DNA from: Eukaryota sp. GEM-RC1
Lineage: Eukaryota
Reading direction: 5' to 3'
Assembly: GCA_040285855.1 (NCBI GenBank)
Contig: JAUFOQ010000006.1
Location: forward strand, 372,001 to 436,000
DNA: 64,000 bases
Shown here one piece after another: positions 46,601 to 59,709 of the stretch. Positions within the stretch are counted from its first letter, which is position 1; every line of letters begins with the position of its first letter. The notes under the pieces were generated by a model. That model saw nothing but the letters and a program-made list of their open reading frames with translations. It did no database searches and was not told the DNA's origin. The position numbers and the translations under genes are program-made.

Positions 46601-49037
46601 ACGATAGCTCCCATAAGGAAACTATTTCTGATTGAGTGACGTGAGGAAAAGAAACAGAAAGTGATTCTCTGAAAATGGAAGGTGTTGTTAGTTGATTTAA
46701 AACTTCGTGAGAAGACAAAGGAGGGATATCACTAACGTCACCAATGCAATCAAAAAGGTTGGTGACCGTCGGTGCAATAGCACTGCTAATCAATAATCTT
46801 CTAAGATGAAACATCGCATGTTCTGCTTCAGAAATTAATCTTAATCTTAAATCATGAATGGAAGTATTGAAATTATGTCCCATCATTGAATTTGATAAAA
46901 GGAATGATTGGACTGTGACGTCTTGGAGAGCTCCACCATAGTGGTCAGCTTCAAATAAATAGGAAAATTGTTCTGAAATTGAGTGAACGTCGATGAGAAA
47001 TTGGACAAATGAAACAATACAAATAACAATAAGAATAATTAAAGCAATATGAACACTAACTCGAAGTTTCTCAGCACTGGAAGCATTTTCACTGGACTTG
47101 TCCCCGCCTAAATGAAGAAGAATTGATTGGCCTTTTCTTCGTCTTTTAGACTTTCTTTTCTTGTTTCTGGCACTCGTAATTGACTTCCCAGTCACCGAGG
47201 GGTCAACAGTTGATTGACCACCAGATGATGATTGACGGTCAGAATCGGCAAGTTCCATTTGGGTGAGAAGAGAGTCTGCAAACTCGTCATCAAGGTTAAT
47301 TTCCCGTACAAATTTGGAATAAGCTTCAAGAACTTCTTTATTACCAGGATGTTGACGAAGAAGCTTTGTAAAGTAAGATTCTGCTTCAGTTTTACTTTGG
47401 TAAATTCGTTCAGCAATTACTGGTAAATTAGTCAAAGTAATTTGAGATTGATCTTCCACTAGTAATTGTTTCCAAAAAACACTCAAATAATCAAGACAAT
47501 CTTTGTGGAGATCGATGGCAGTTTTTAACTGTCGTTGTAGAACAAGGAAAGAGCTGGAATCAAGAGATTGACCAGTTGATTGTTCTCTTCTTAGATTGTC
47601 TGCCATCTTTTTTGATTGAAAGAAGAAGAAATCATAATCCAATCGAAGATCAATTTCTAACTGAGTGACTTGATTGACAATCGAAAGAGACGTGATTGGA
47701 TCCTTTCCATAACAGAGCTCAAAAATAGATTTACACAAGTAGACGTGAACTGAGGTTGGAAACTTTTCGATTGCAAAATCAACAAATGATCGATAAAACA
47801 AAATATCATGTTCTAAAATTGACCCTTTTTGATAGATTGGTCGAATATAGAGCTCAGTTAGAAAAGGATTGCGTAGTATTCGATCAAAAACAACAGATTT
47901 ATGATCTTCAGATGGTTTGTGATCGTCACCACTACCCTCTTCGATATGAGAAAAGTCTAATTGAATTTTTGAGGTAGTTTTGCCAAAGAAAGAAGAGTCT
48001 GGTATGAAACCCATACTTCTAGATAAACTAAAAACTTTGAAATTTAAATAGTTAGTAAATATTTTAGACACGACATATCCAGTAAGAATTGGAACAACAT
48101 AAACAATGGACGTACCAAGCCAAGGATGAAGATCGAATCCAAATATTTCAAAAACAAACCAAATGCAGGAAATACTCAAATAACTTGTACAAAGAAAAGC
48201 CATTAAGGTATTTGCTCGTATTCTAAAAAAAGGAGAATGTTTAACGAGAGTAAAAAGAAGAAAAAACACCAGAAAGAGGAAAAGAAATGGTAAAAACAAT
48301 AGGTAAATGGTCAAACAAAGTCAATGAGATAGCAAGAAACACCTTGACCAAAAGCAAATTAATTAAAAATCTTCGATCAAGTGAAGCGAACAATCTTTTC
48401 GAGGTAGGAAGAATGTCAGTAAACATGGAAGTTCTAATTAAAGAAATAATAAAGATAATAGACCAAGCAAAAAGAAATAATCCTTTAAGAAACACGTTTT
48501 GAGTAGACCAACACTGATCAGCTGGAATAGCGTAGAAAGAAGAATCATCAGAGCAGCTGATATGAGAAAAGGCAGTGATGGTAAAGGGAAGGAAGAAGAT
48601 AGATGAAATGAGTTCAAAGAAGATTTTGGTCAGTGGAAACAAGAAGATAGGTTTAGTGGTAGACTTGGAGATCCAAAATCCAGATCCAACTAAAACAAGA
48701 ATCAAAAAAGACGAAACCAGAACCATAACAGACAGAACGGTGTAGCTGAAGAGAGACCATGAGGAAGGATTGTAACCAGAGAAGGAGATGAACTGTAGGA
48801 AAGGGCGGAGATCCAATCTTTATGAATGAATGGAAAACTGGTGTTAATGACTAGGGCTATAAGCTCTGGGATCAGGAGGAATCAGGACATACGTAGGAAC
48901 TCCAGAAACAACACTGTTTGGGACAGAGTGTTATGCGGCTTTGAAGAACGAACAACCAAGTCGAAGAAGGAATGAAATCCTTGATTGATGTTGGAGGTTA
49001 GAGTAGTCGATTGGATCGAACCGTTATTCGAGGACAT
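43686..49037 (-). CDS. TmcB/TmcC-like membrane protein, paralog B (one 27-nt intron; frameshifted in this assembly)
   Basis: ATG 49037 (MSSNNGS). Collinear with and highly similar to paralog A along its length, including the intron. Confidence 0.8.
48866..48892 (-). other. 27-nt spliceosomal intron
   Basis: Identical to 33082-33108 in sequence, position and phase. Confidence 0.85.
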
Positions 49038-49874
49038 CGGATCAGTTCGGTAAATGTTTTTCGCTCAAAATCAAAAGCAGCAGATGTTTGAAGAATGAAT
49101 GTGAGGAAGTAACACGTGATATTGCACTAGTGGAAGAACTAGTGATGACGAGTATATCGTGTACACGTGTTAACTCAAAAAATAGCAAGAGTCAAATGAA
49201 ATCATCATTTGTATTGTGACAAAGTTTTACCCACGAAGAACTTACTATCACACATTCCTGCACAACATTTCTCTCTTACTTTACTATAAGTACAAAACGT
49301 AGGGAAGGGATGGAGTAGGGTGTGTGTCATTATTTTGTGAAAATGAGGATGATGAGGAATGTGAAGGATCACATAACAGAATGAGTGTGGTTGAGGAAGT
49401 ACCACGAAGGGAGATTGAAAGAAAAGAGAAGCATATGTAAATGGTTGGAAGCAAATCGTGATTAACAAGGGAAAACTAGTGTATACTAGAGTTAGTAGAA
49501 AAACACATTGAAGGGGCGGGTACTCTTGGTAGGATCGAAAGTGAGAGTCTTGGCTTGAGGACAAAGCTCAATAATATTTGGAGAACTGATTGACTCAGCT
49601 TGACTTTTTGTAAGTACAACATTTACTCTGTTTCACACAAAAGGCCAAACTAATAATGTTCTCTGATAAAAGGACCTCTATATGTCAATTCAATCTAAAC
49701 ACCACGATAAGTGGTGTTAATGAAATCAGTTTCGTCTGGATTCTTGTTAACAATTCAGTTAAGAAGTCGTTGAAACACTTGTGTCGTCGCCCAAAGGCAA
49801 TAATGACGTCAAGTTGTAATCCATCAATTGGTCTCCAAATCCAAACTTGTAGTCGCACATAATATTAACAATGA

Positions 49875-49932
49875 GTGTACTGGTGGTGTACTTGTGGTGT
49901 ACTTGTGGTGTACTGGTGGTGTACTGGTGGTG
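49875..49932. repeat. 11-bp minisatellite, 5 copies
   Basis: GTGTACT(G/T)GTG repeated five times. Confidence 0.9.
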
Positions 49933-51751
49933 GTTGTTCCGTTACACATGTAATCGCAGAGTCTAGAACTTTACACGATATTCAACCTAGGATTCCCCCA
50001 CACTGAACACAAAACCAAAACGGTTTAAAACGTAAATGAATTCGTTGAGCCATTTTTGCACCAGTATGAAGATGAAGACACCTAGTAGATATCTTTTGAT
50101 TCTGTGTTTGTACCAAGTCGTATGACAATTGTGATCATCTGATCAAGTGCATACAGATCATACCAACTCTGAAAAGGGAGTTGTCAAGTTGATTTGAAAC
50201 CAGAGACAGTAGAAAATATAGTGCAAATGTGCAATAATTGCACTTAATTAGTGTGTATTGGAGCATTGCAAAATATTGCACCAATTTCCGTTATATTTTC
50301 CGTTGTGAACAATAATATTTGATCACATATTTTTTCCAATTACTCTCAAAATTCTACATCAATTGTTTGTCAGTCTTTCTCAGTACAACCTAACACTTTG
50401 TTGACAATGTGAATTGGAAGTTATTCATATACTTGTGTTTCTCACAGGGAATGACTATCTGCTGCCATTCTTTGTTCGTGTTATATTCTCCTCAAAACAA
50501 TCCTAGTCGAAAACAGATTGCTCAGCACAGATGTTGTTTTGATGGGACGTTGATGGGAAATTACAGTAATGTGAGTTTTGAAAATCCCCAGGTTGATAGC
50601 CACGGGATATCAGATCATTATGGCCATTCAAATGATACTGTAAGATAATATTCTTAGTTATTATAGACTTGGAGTTGTGAAGACGAACGATTCCTGATAA
50701 ACGGTGGAATAACCATCGTTTTAAAGTATGTTACTACATTAATTGTACTAATAGCACTAGACAGCAAACCGAATTTCGAATAGATACTGGAAAGAATTGC
50801 AGACCGGTCACAGTGATTGAGAGAAAGTGTGCAGAAAAGTAGTATGTTCGAACGGGCTGGCGAGGTAGAGCGTTTGCGCTCAAAATTCGTCGGAATAATG
50901 ACTTAAGTGAAGATTGTATCAACAAAATCATGCGAAACAGAAACGAAAGAAGATTGTAATTTTGTGTTGTGTGAAGAACTCAAGATAAGAACAAACAATT
51001 AGAATGCAAGATCCTGAAAACAACATTTCTTATCAATGAAACTCACATATGCGTTTTCTTAAAAAAACTATGCTAAAAGAGCTTTAAATTACAACATGAA
51101 TTGTTTGTTATAACGATTGTAAAGACAAAACGATAAAACAAAACTTATGAGGAAAATTCTTAGTTTGACAACGTTCTCAACATCCGAGATAAAAGAAAGA
51201 ACATCCTTACCAAGTCGACCAAAAATCGAAATTGCAAACTGATGTAGTTTGTACTAGACGTGCTTTGTACATTTAAGAGCTGTTAAGTTGACATAGTGAT
51301 TGTTTCATTCTTAGAAATACGATTATTATTATTATTTTAGAAATTGAATGAATTGTAACATCTGAAACCGGAGTTTTATTCTTGCGCTATGCATTCAAAT
51401 CCTCCGTGTTGAGTATTAGATTCAAAGTCATTCACTTTTGGGACTTTCCAAATGGAAGTTTCAGATTTCGTTGCTCTCCAATCGAACCCCACTGGAAGTG
51501 CGGCAGAAATGACTGCTAATGCAAGCAATGTATGTTGTTCCATAGAGTAGATGATAGAAGGGGAAAATTGTACCAATTTGTAAGACATATATGTATTTCT
51601 TCTGATGTCAAATAAACTTATACATGAATAGTTGATGAACCTAACCTCCCTACTTAACAATGTTTATGATAGTAATAAGCACATGATAATGTTAAATCGT
51701 AAAAATTGACTATCACAAAATAACATCACAAAAATTGGTCAATTTGCAACT

Positions 51752-52030
51752 ATGCTCTACCATGTAGAACACTTTAAGATGGCGAGCATATATCGATGTT
51801 CCCATGCTGTTGCGGTACTGATGAAAATGAAGAAGGAAGTTGATACTGATTGTGAAGTGTATTCAACTACATCTAATGCTGAGATGTATGAAAGAAGATC
51901 TATTGTACCTCCAAGAAGCAAAGAACGGTGGGATGATAGAGATTGATCTTTGAGTAGTCCTATTTGAAAGCGTAGTGCTGGTCGGTCGCCTGTAAAAAGA
52001 AGAAGGGACATATGGAGAGAGTGTAGTTTA
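51752..52030 (+). pseudogene. MULE transposase SWIM/C-terminal remnant
   Basis: FKMASIYRCSHAVAVL..MYERRSIVPP..W..KRSAGRSPVKRRR with stops. Confidence 0.65.
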
Positions 52031-52095
52031 GCGTTGTTACAAAGAAAAAGGAGTATATAAAGAGGTTTTTATGAAGGAGAGAAAGAGTTGTGAAT

Positions 52096-53025
52096 CAGGG
52101 ATTGAAAAAAATAAATTGTATTGCAATATATTGAAATAAATTATATTGCAATAAATATTGCACGTCTTTTGATGCGCAATATATTTATTGCAACAAAGGG
52201 GTTATTGCAATTTATTGTAATATATTTCCAATATATTGTAATATGTCACAACGAGATTTAAGCAGAGTAACTCTAACAAGTCTTGTTCATAAGAACACTT
52301 TCTATTACTGCATATCCACTCCAAGTCCAAAAAAAGTTAAAAGGGGACCTACAGTTGGTTTCTACATCTCTATTGTCATCACTCAACACATACTTCAAGC
52401 AATGAGATTTGTGGAAACTTGTACATGTGTTAATTTACGTTCCACTAAATACACGTTCCAATCATAGTGGCACCCAGAAATACAATTTATTTTTTTCGAT
52501 CCCTGCCCAGAGTCTGAACCAGGAAGCGGAAAGTCTTATCATGTAGTAGGTGGGACTGTAATGAACGTGGTATATACGTGACGAATCGCTGAAAAGTTGA
52601 AACATGCATATACATCACATCATAGGAACCTTTGAAGTAAATAAGTATTGATACCAACAGAAGAGCAAAGTAGAAAGATGGGTTGTGAAGTCTGAGTGTA
52701 CATTATGATCAGAAGCGGTGTCAAGATTTACAGTACGTTAAGAAGCATAATTAATGTTCTTATGCATGTATCTGAAAGGGTAACCGACTACAAGCTCTGA
52801 TGTTCTACTTGTGGTTGATTTCCGGTCAGTAAATTTCAGCAGGACGTCTCAATTTCTTACATTTTCAGGAACCAAATTTTACCCAAAATATAGCAATATA
52901 TTGCAATTATTTATTGCAATCGTCTCAGTTTCCAATATATTTATTGCACTGATCACATTTTCCAATATATTTATTGTACATATTTTATACTAGAAATATA
53001 TTGCAATATACTTTTTCGATCCCTG
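52096..53025. mobile_element. Non-autonomous hAT transposon
   Basis: TIR CAGGGAT(T/C)GAAAAA; flanks GTTGTGAAT and GTTGTGAT (8-bp TSD with one indel); ATATTGCAAT subterminal repeats. Confidence 0.8.
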
Positions 53026-53869
53026 GTTGTGATCAACAATGGTTGATGACTGTTTACAAAAGCAATTTTGATTTAGAGACCATGATAGAGAAAAAATGAT
53101 ACCTGGAATATACCAATGTTGAACAAAATACAAATACAAAAATACAAAAATACAGATACAGATTCAACGACAAAAATACAAAGGCAATGATAGTGTATTA
53201 TCCGTAGTGTTAGTAGTGTACAAAGACAACATTGATGTTAAATGATCGCCTACATGTACATGTATTTAGCTTCGTTTCTATTTATACACTTAAGTTAGAC
53301 TATAATTCCTTCAGTAAATAGAGATCTCTCACTCCAAGTCAGACTCACTTCTGCTTTTCTTTCTTGTTGGTCAGGTTTGAAACGTTATGTGACTCCTGCT
53401 TTTGGAGAAACACAATCAAAGAGCAATTCTTTCTAGAAATATTCCTCGACCTAATCCAAGAAACTGCTGTAGTTTGTTCGTCTGTCTTCTGTTGTGGTTG
53501 CTGATAAACTACTACAACTACTTCGTCTTGTATCTTGATTGATATCATGTTTTATTTACTTCTTTAAATCCCATGAAGAAAAATTGGAGATAAAAGAACT
53601 ATATGTACATCCAAAGTAGATAATTTTACAGGTAAGTAAGATCAGAAACATATTCCTAAAAAAAATAATGTGTTGTTTAAAACTGAAATATATAAAACAC
53701 AAATACACGAATACACGAATTACAATAAGAGACGCCCTATTTTCACTCCTTGATTTCGCTTTTTCTCACTCCTTCTTCTTTTTTGAGACGCCATATTCTC
53801 CCTCCTTCTCTAAATTTCTTCAACATAGTTATTTTTCCGAAAATAGTGTGAACCGATCCAGAAGATACA

Positions 53870-55950
53870 GCAAAGTGTATTTTCCAGGTATGGTATTAAA
53901 ACCATTAATGGAGCTTCTGTGGCTGCCCTTTCTTCTGATGTTTTCTTCAATGCGGTTGAAAATAATTGCATTTTCAATTTGGATTTTAGGAATGCTTTTA
54001 ATTCTGTTCAACGATCTGCCATTTGTTCTGAATTGGAAAAGAGTTTTCCAGAATTAGGTACCTTTTTTCATTGTTTTTATGGTCACTCTTCTGACTTGGC
54101 TTTAATTCATTTGTTCTTAATTGTGTTTCTGGTGTTAAACAAGGAGATCCTCTTGGTCCATTCTTTTTTTTTGTTTGGCTATTCATCCTATCCTGAAAAA
54201 ACTCAAAGAAGAACATGCAGACTTAGAAATTGTAGCTTATATGGATGACATTTCTTTTATTGCTCCTATGTCAACTCTTTGTATTATTGCGAATCAGGCT
54301 GCTGATTTGTACGAGGCAATTGGACTTCAATTAAATGTGCAGAAATGTTTTTTGATTGCCAAGGTACCTGTAACTTTAATTGTTAATTCTTTAGAGGTTC
54401 CCTGTGTGAACTACTAATCTTCAAGCTTTAGATTTCTAGGTTGCTATCTTGGTTCACATGACAACATTGTTAAAGATCTGAATGTATATTTGGATTCTAT
54501 GCGAAAAGAATTAGATCAAATTAAGGAATTGCAATTGGAAAAACATCTCAAATTATTCATGCTAAAAATTTGTTATTCAGGAAAAGTTACTCATCTGCTT
54601 CGCTCTCTACCCCCTGTACTTACCTATAACTTCTGTAGAAGCTTTAACAAAATTCGTACTGAATTTCTGGCATTTTTGTTATAAGTGGATCCTGCTGCAG
54701 TGAACAATCACATCTTCTCAGATCCTCATCTTGGGGGTTTTGGTTTCACTTCGTCTAAATGGTGGAGCAAATCTGCTTTCATTGGTGGTGGAAAGAATTT
54801 TGTCCTTGAGTTCTACAGACGTTACCTAAGTCAAGAAAATCTTCTTGTTTCGACAAGTAGTTTTTTCTTGGTAAATTTGAGATCAGAATTGTTGCTAATT
54901 TCACCTGACCTCTGGCAAATTTGTTTTCCAGCAGATATTTGTGAAATACCAGAACGATGTGTCACAACTTTAAAATTTGCTCTTAAGAAACTCCAAAAAC
55001 ACCTTTTAAAACATTTTGAATGTCTGGATTTAAAATTGCACTTGACTCGGTCAAAGGAAAAAATACAGCTTTAGCAAATTTTTTAATTGATTTGAAGGAC
55101 AGTTCTTCAGTTGCTTTGATTAACCAAATTCCTCAGATCTATGGTTTGTTGTTGAACGATCATCAATGGACTACAACATTCAGACTTCGATGTTTCTTGT
55201 GGCCCTCTAATTTACTTAATGATCTTCAATGTAAATGTGGTAAATAAGTTACTCTTTCTCTCCTTTTGAGTTGCAATCGTTTGATTACTTATAGAACTTG
55301 TATTCATGATGCTGTCAGAGATCAAATTCATGCCATGTGTAAGTCCTACAAAATCTATTCTTTTGTTGAGCCACTGTTGAGATCACTGGGAATCAATAAT
55401 TTTAAAAAATAGTGATTCTGATAAGACTTTTGGTAAAACAAGAGCTGATGTTATAGTTCCATCAGTCAATGATGAACTAACCGTTGTTGATGTGATTACT
55501 GTGGATGTTTGCAAAAAAAGTGCATTCAAGGATGCTAATAATGAAGTTTCTCCACTGAATTCTTCAGAACAATACAAGAGAAACAAATATGATGGACCAT
55601 TGACTGCTCTTATACATATTAGACATGTTGAGTACAAATTGTGTCCTTTTGCGATTTCAATTTATGGTCGACTTGGTAGAGATGCTCTTTGTTTTCTCTC
55701 TGATTTTGAGAAAGTGGTCAAACAAAGAATGAACAAGAAATTTGATTTCACATTTTGGTTGAATTGTATTGTTTTTACAATATTTAAAACAATTCCTATC
55801 ATGATTTCAAAAGCTCTATTAGCTCTCAGTGTTTTTATGAAGAAAAAAGCTGATGTGAGTTTTAATGGCAATGATTGTTGCTGTAATGATATTGAGTTCT
55901 AGTATTTGTGTTTATTTTAGTGTTTTTGTTCCATAAATATAACTTGCAAA
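53870..55950 (+). mobile_element. CRE-like non-LTR retrotransposon (RT plus restriction-like endonuclease), degenerate
   Basis: LDFRNAFNSVQR, GVKQGDPLGP, AYMDD, HLLRSLPP, GGFGF, HDAVRD, RADVIVP, PFAISIYGRLG; A-run near 55950. Frameshifts and stops. Ends approximate. Confidence 0.9.
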
Positions 55951-56617
55951 AAAAATGTATTGAGAATACATGTACCTCAGTAGATTTTCCAACTTCACAC
56001 TTCTTCATCGTTACAATTTTTACTTCATAGATTGTCTATTTTGAGCTCCTGTTTGTCTATTCTTACAGTATCCTGGAATTCTGCTTCTTCATTCAAAGCC
56101 ATTGTTTTTCAAATATCATTTCTTCAAATTATGTGTCAACTCTTTCAATGAGCATTTGCAACTTTATATAATGGTAAGAATACTATGCTTTTTATACTAC
56201 AAAGCAGAGCGACCATTCACTTTCAGTTCAAAACATCCAACTGTATTTGACAAAGTACAAGCTACCACTTCCCTTCAGAAATCATTTCAAACGATTTGAA
56301 GGTGGTGTTCCGTGTTGAAGTTGCCGACTGGACTGCCTAATAACTCTGTCTTGATTCTACTAGTTAAGATGGCATGTAGTTCCCTTGGGAACGTGTGCAG
56401 ATCGAAGTTTTTGGACTACTTCCACTGTTGCAACGGTTCTGTTATCATTCCATCCAGAAAAATTTTATAATACAGATTCTGAATAGTAAGTGATCATGGT
56501 TTTGATTCGTTTTGTGTCATACTGTTGACTTGATTTGACTTGATTTGACCAGACTTGACTTGTTGCCAAATTTGGATTGCACCTCCAACCAGATTGTTAC
56601 CCTCCAATTCCTTCCCC

Positions 56618-58099
56618 ATGATTATCACTTTTCGATCCGAAGGCAAGGAGACACAGCACCAGACTGAGAGTTGTACCGTCACAGAGTTTCTGATTTCCAA
56701 CTCGATCAATCTCCCTTCTGATTTCGCTGTTGCCCGTATACTCGGTAAGACATCTTATCAGTTCATTGACGTTGACTCTAAATTACCAGCAGTTCCCAAC
56801 ATCACTCTTTCTCTTCGACAGTACAAACGCCCTCTCTCTGTGCATCTCGCTACTGATGAGAAGAAGACCGTCATGATCGACGAACGAGAGCCCGTGTCTT
56901 CCCTTCTTTCTTTCATTGGTTCTAAACTCGGTTTACGTGATTACCAGCATCAAGAATTCGGCCTCCGTCTTGATTTCTCTTCTCCTTTTCTCCGCATCAA
57001 CCGCACTCTTGGAGAACAAGGAGTATCTCCATCTCAATCTGTTTACCTTTGCCGCCGAATCTTTCTTTCTCCCACAGACCCATCCTTCCTTAAATTCCAC
57101 GTGGTTGCTTGGACCGAATATAACCGCCGCCTTCTTTCTAATGAACTTCCAAACATCACGCGGGATGACGTTGTCCAATTGGGAGCTCTCCACTTGATGT
57201 CATTTGTAGGAACAAGTCAGATCAAAGCTTCTTCAATGAATCTAAGTGAATACGTTCCAATGGGTTTTCACGATGACTCTATCGCCGGGGATATCATTCA
57301 ACGCAGAGATACCTTGGAGATTAGTTCTGCTGATGCTCGATTGGAGTTTTGTTTATACATGGAAAAGTTGGAGCATTATTCAAATCTGGTTTTTGTTGTT
57401 GGTAAGTCAGACTCTATTGTGTTTACGCAACAGGCATTGGTTTTGGAAGGTGATGAGCCATACTCTGTAGAATATTCTGATATTTTTAAATTTTCTGTTG
57501 ATCATACTTCTCGATCTGTGATTGTTGATTGCAAGTTGGGTATTAAGGAAATTTCATCCGTGGATTATGAAGAAATTGCTGAAACTCTCCAAATTTATTG
57601 TAAAATTTTAAATGTTTCACTGGAACCTGTTTCAATTGCAAATGATTTTTCTTTGGTTCGAGATCTTAAAGATGAAGTATCCGAATTAACTACCAATCTC
57701 ACTCAGCAAACAGAAGAAAATCAATCTTTAAAAGACGAAAATCAATCATTAAAAGACGAGGTTTCAAGTCAAATGATTGAGATTTCCAGCATTTCCAGTC
57801 AACTTTCTTCAAAAGATGATGAAATATGCACTCTTTTAAAACAAATTGAGGAAAAAGATTTGTTGATTCAATCACATGAACAGAAACTTACTGATCTCGG
57901 AGTTGATATTGAGAAGGAACGGTGTAAGCAAAAGCAGTTTCAAGAGAAACTTGGTAACATTAGTTGGGTTCGAGATATTGCCAAGAATTTCTTTGAAAAG
58001 AATGATGGATCTTCTAGAGAAATTGATAGAAATTTGATCACTCCCGTTGTTGTTGATGGAAAAATCGTTAATGCCCGATTAAATATCCCGGAAAAATAA
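56618..58099 (+). CDS. Talin-like FERM-domain protein with a C-terminal coiled coil
   Basis: RPLSVHL..KKTVMIDE..PVS..KLGL..EFGL..RTLGEQGV..LCRRIF (talin F1-like); F2-like VQLGAL and YMEKLEHY; heptad-rich tail. First ATG at 56618. Confidence 0.8.
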   Translation: MIITFRSEGKETQHQTESCTVTEFLISNSINLPSDFAVARILGKTSYQFIDVDSKLPAVPNITLSLRQYKRPLSVHLATDEKKTVMIDEREPVSSLLSFIGSKLGLRDYQHQEFGLRLDFSSPFLRINRTLGEQGVSPSQSVYLCRRIFLSPTDPSFLKFHVVAWTEYNRRLLSNELPNITRDDVVQLGALHLMSFVGTSQIKASSMNLSEYVPMGFHDDSIAGDIIQRRDTLEISSADARLEFCLYMEKLEHYSNLVFVVGKSDSIVFTQQALVLEGDEPYSVEYSDIFKFSVDHTSRSVIVDCKLGIKEISSVDYEEIAETLQIYCKILNVSLEPVSIANDFSLVRDLKDEVSELTTNLTQQTEENQSLKDENQSLKDEVSSQMIEISSISSQLSSKDDEICTLLKQIEEKDLLIQSHEQKLTDLGVDIEKERCKQKQFQEKLGNISWVRDIAKNFFEKNDGSSREIDRNLITPVVVDGKIVNARLNIPEK

Positions 58100-58493
58100 A
58101 ATTTTAGATGTACATTATTAGTTTTTGTTTCTGACTATTGATTGGTGAACATTGGTAGTACAAGTTCTGACTGTTTATATTTGTGAGTTTTGTTGATAAA
58201 TTGAATATAACTATCATACATGATTGAATCAGGATCAACGAATCCATAAATTCTGAACATGACGTTGCCAAACAATTCGTCATCTTGGTGAGTCGAATTG
58301 ATGGTAAAAAGACATCACATCGCTACAGGTGTAAGTCCTCCCAGTGAATTGAAGAATGTCATCGACGGAAAAGAACGCCTTGTCAATTAGATAGTATCAT
58401 ATGACTACTAGTAGTATTTAACGAAAGAGGCAGAAGAACCAAAATTTGTTCAGTTTAAGTCATCCAACAAAACTTTCTTAACATATTCACCAA

Positions 58494-58973
58494 ATGGAAT
58501 CTGCTTACGTCCTTTGGGCAAATGATAATCGTGAGGACTTTGTATCCGAGATGGGAACAACAAATGCTGCTGTAGTTGACCGAGAAATGACTAGACGTTG
58601 GGATGCTCTTTCCCCAGAAGAAAAGAAAGAATACATCGACCAAGTAGAACCTACTCCTACTCCATCCACCCCTAAAAATCAAAAACCTAAAAGAGCACCC
58701 AAAACCAAAGAACAAATAGATGTCTCTAAGAATGCTCCTAAGAAACCATCTGGCCCGTGGATCTACTTCACTATGGAACAACGTTCAGTTATTCTAAATG
58801 AAATGCCAAGTCTCACAAATAAGGATGTTCTTGGTGAACTTGGTCTTAAATGGAAGGAATATACTGATGATGCCAAGAAACCTTATGTGGAGAAAGCTTT
58901 GAAAGATAAGGAACGTTATGAGGAGGAGATGAAATACTATAATGACAACGTGCAAATGCCGTCTAAGAGTTAG
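58494..58973 (+). CDS. HMG-box protein (two boxes, NHP6/HMGB-like)
   Basis: SAYVLWANDNR..RWDALSPEEKKEY and NAPKKPSGPWIYFTMEQR..LGLKWKEYTDDAKKPY..DKERYEEEM. Confidence 0.92.
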   Translation: MESAYVLWANDNREDFVSEMGTTNAAVVDREMTRRWDALSPEEKKEYIDQVEPTPTPSTPKNQKPKRAPKTKEQIDVSKNAPKKPSGPWIYFTMEQRSVILNEMPSLTNKDVLGELGLKWKEYTDDAKKPYVEKALKDKERYEEEMKYYNDNVQMPSKS

Positions 58974-59491
58974 ATTAACCTTTACTAGTAGTGTTTTTAG
59001 AGATCTTTTTTTGTGAATTAATATATTTTGTACCATTCCATTACGTGCTGTTGGAAGTTTTCATTTTGGGTGAATATCCCTACATGTAGCCCCATTTTAC
59101 CAATTCCCCCACACACCCAATTCCCACAAACTCTTTTTTACTTATGGGATACACTTTTGAGATGCTCTGGGACTCAAGACTCGACTTAACGAGTATGTCT
59201 GTCCACGCTTCGGAAAACACCAAAGTGAGGGCTGTTTGGTCCTATCTCTGGATGGGGAAGATACATCTTTCTTTCTTCATTGTCTCGCAAAGTACGATCT
59301 CTCGCTGGATAAACAGTGCATATACTCCTTCTTCTGATACTCTTTCATCCTCTCATTCTGACCGTCACAAGTTGAAAGCACATGTCGACTTGGAAATCTT
59401 GATTGATTATGTTTTTCTTTTGTTCATAAAGTTAAGCCATATATGCAAGTCTTTTGTCACTATCTATTGTCTTTTAGTTGTCACATGTATT

Positions 59492-59709
59492 ACAACATTT
59501 GTAACACAACATTTGTAATACAAGATGTGTTTTACAAGATGTGAAATACAAGATGTGTTTTACAAGATGTGTAACACAACATTTGTAACACAACATTTGT
59601 AATACAAGATGTGTAACACAACATTTGTAATACAAGATGTGTTTTACAAGATGTGTAATACAAGATGTGTTTTACAAGATTTGTAATACAAGATGTGTAA
59701 TACAAGATG
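59492..59709. repeat. 14-bp tandem array 1 (about 15.5 units)
   Basis: Units ACAAGATGTGTAAT, ACAAGATGTGTTTT and ACAACATTTGTAAC in exact 14-bp register. Confidence 0.95.

Noticed and set aside
19394..49037. Genome-wide programmed frameshifting or mass pseudogenisation of host genes
   Set aside because: Breaks cluster in homopolymers and at TTCCA and mostly differ between paralogs, as expected for long-read consensus errors.
50200..51660. Further decayed DNA-transposon debris (TGCA-rich subterminal-like repeats; also an AERPF-like remnant near 56200)
   Set aside because: No matching TIR pair or TSD could be established, so not listed as features.
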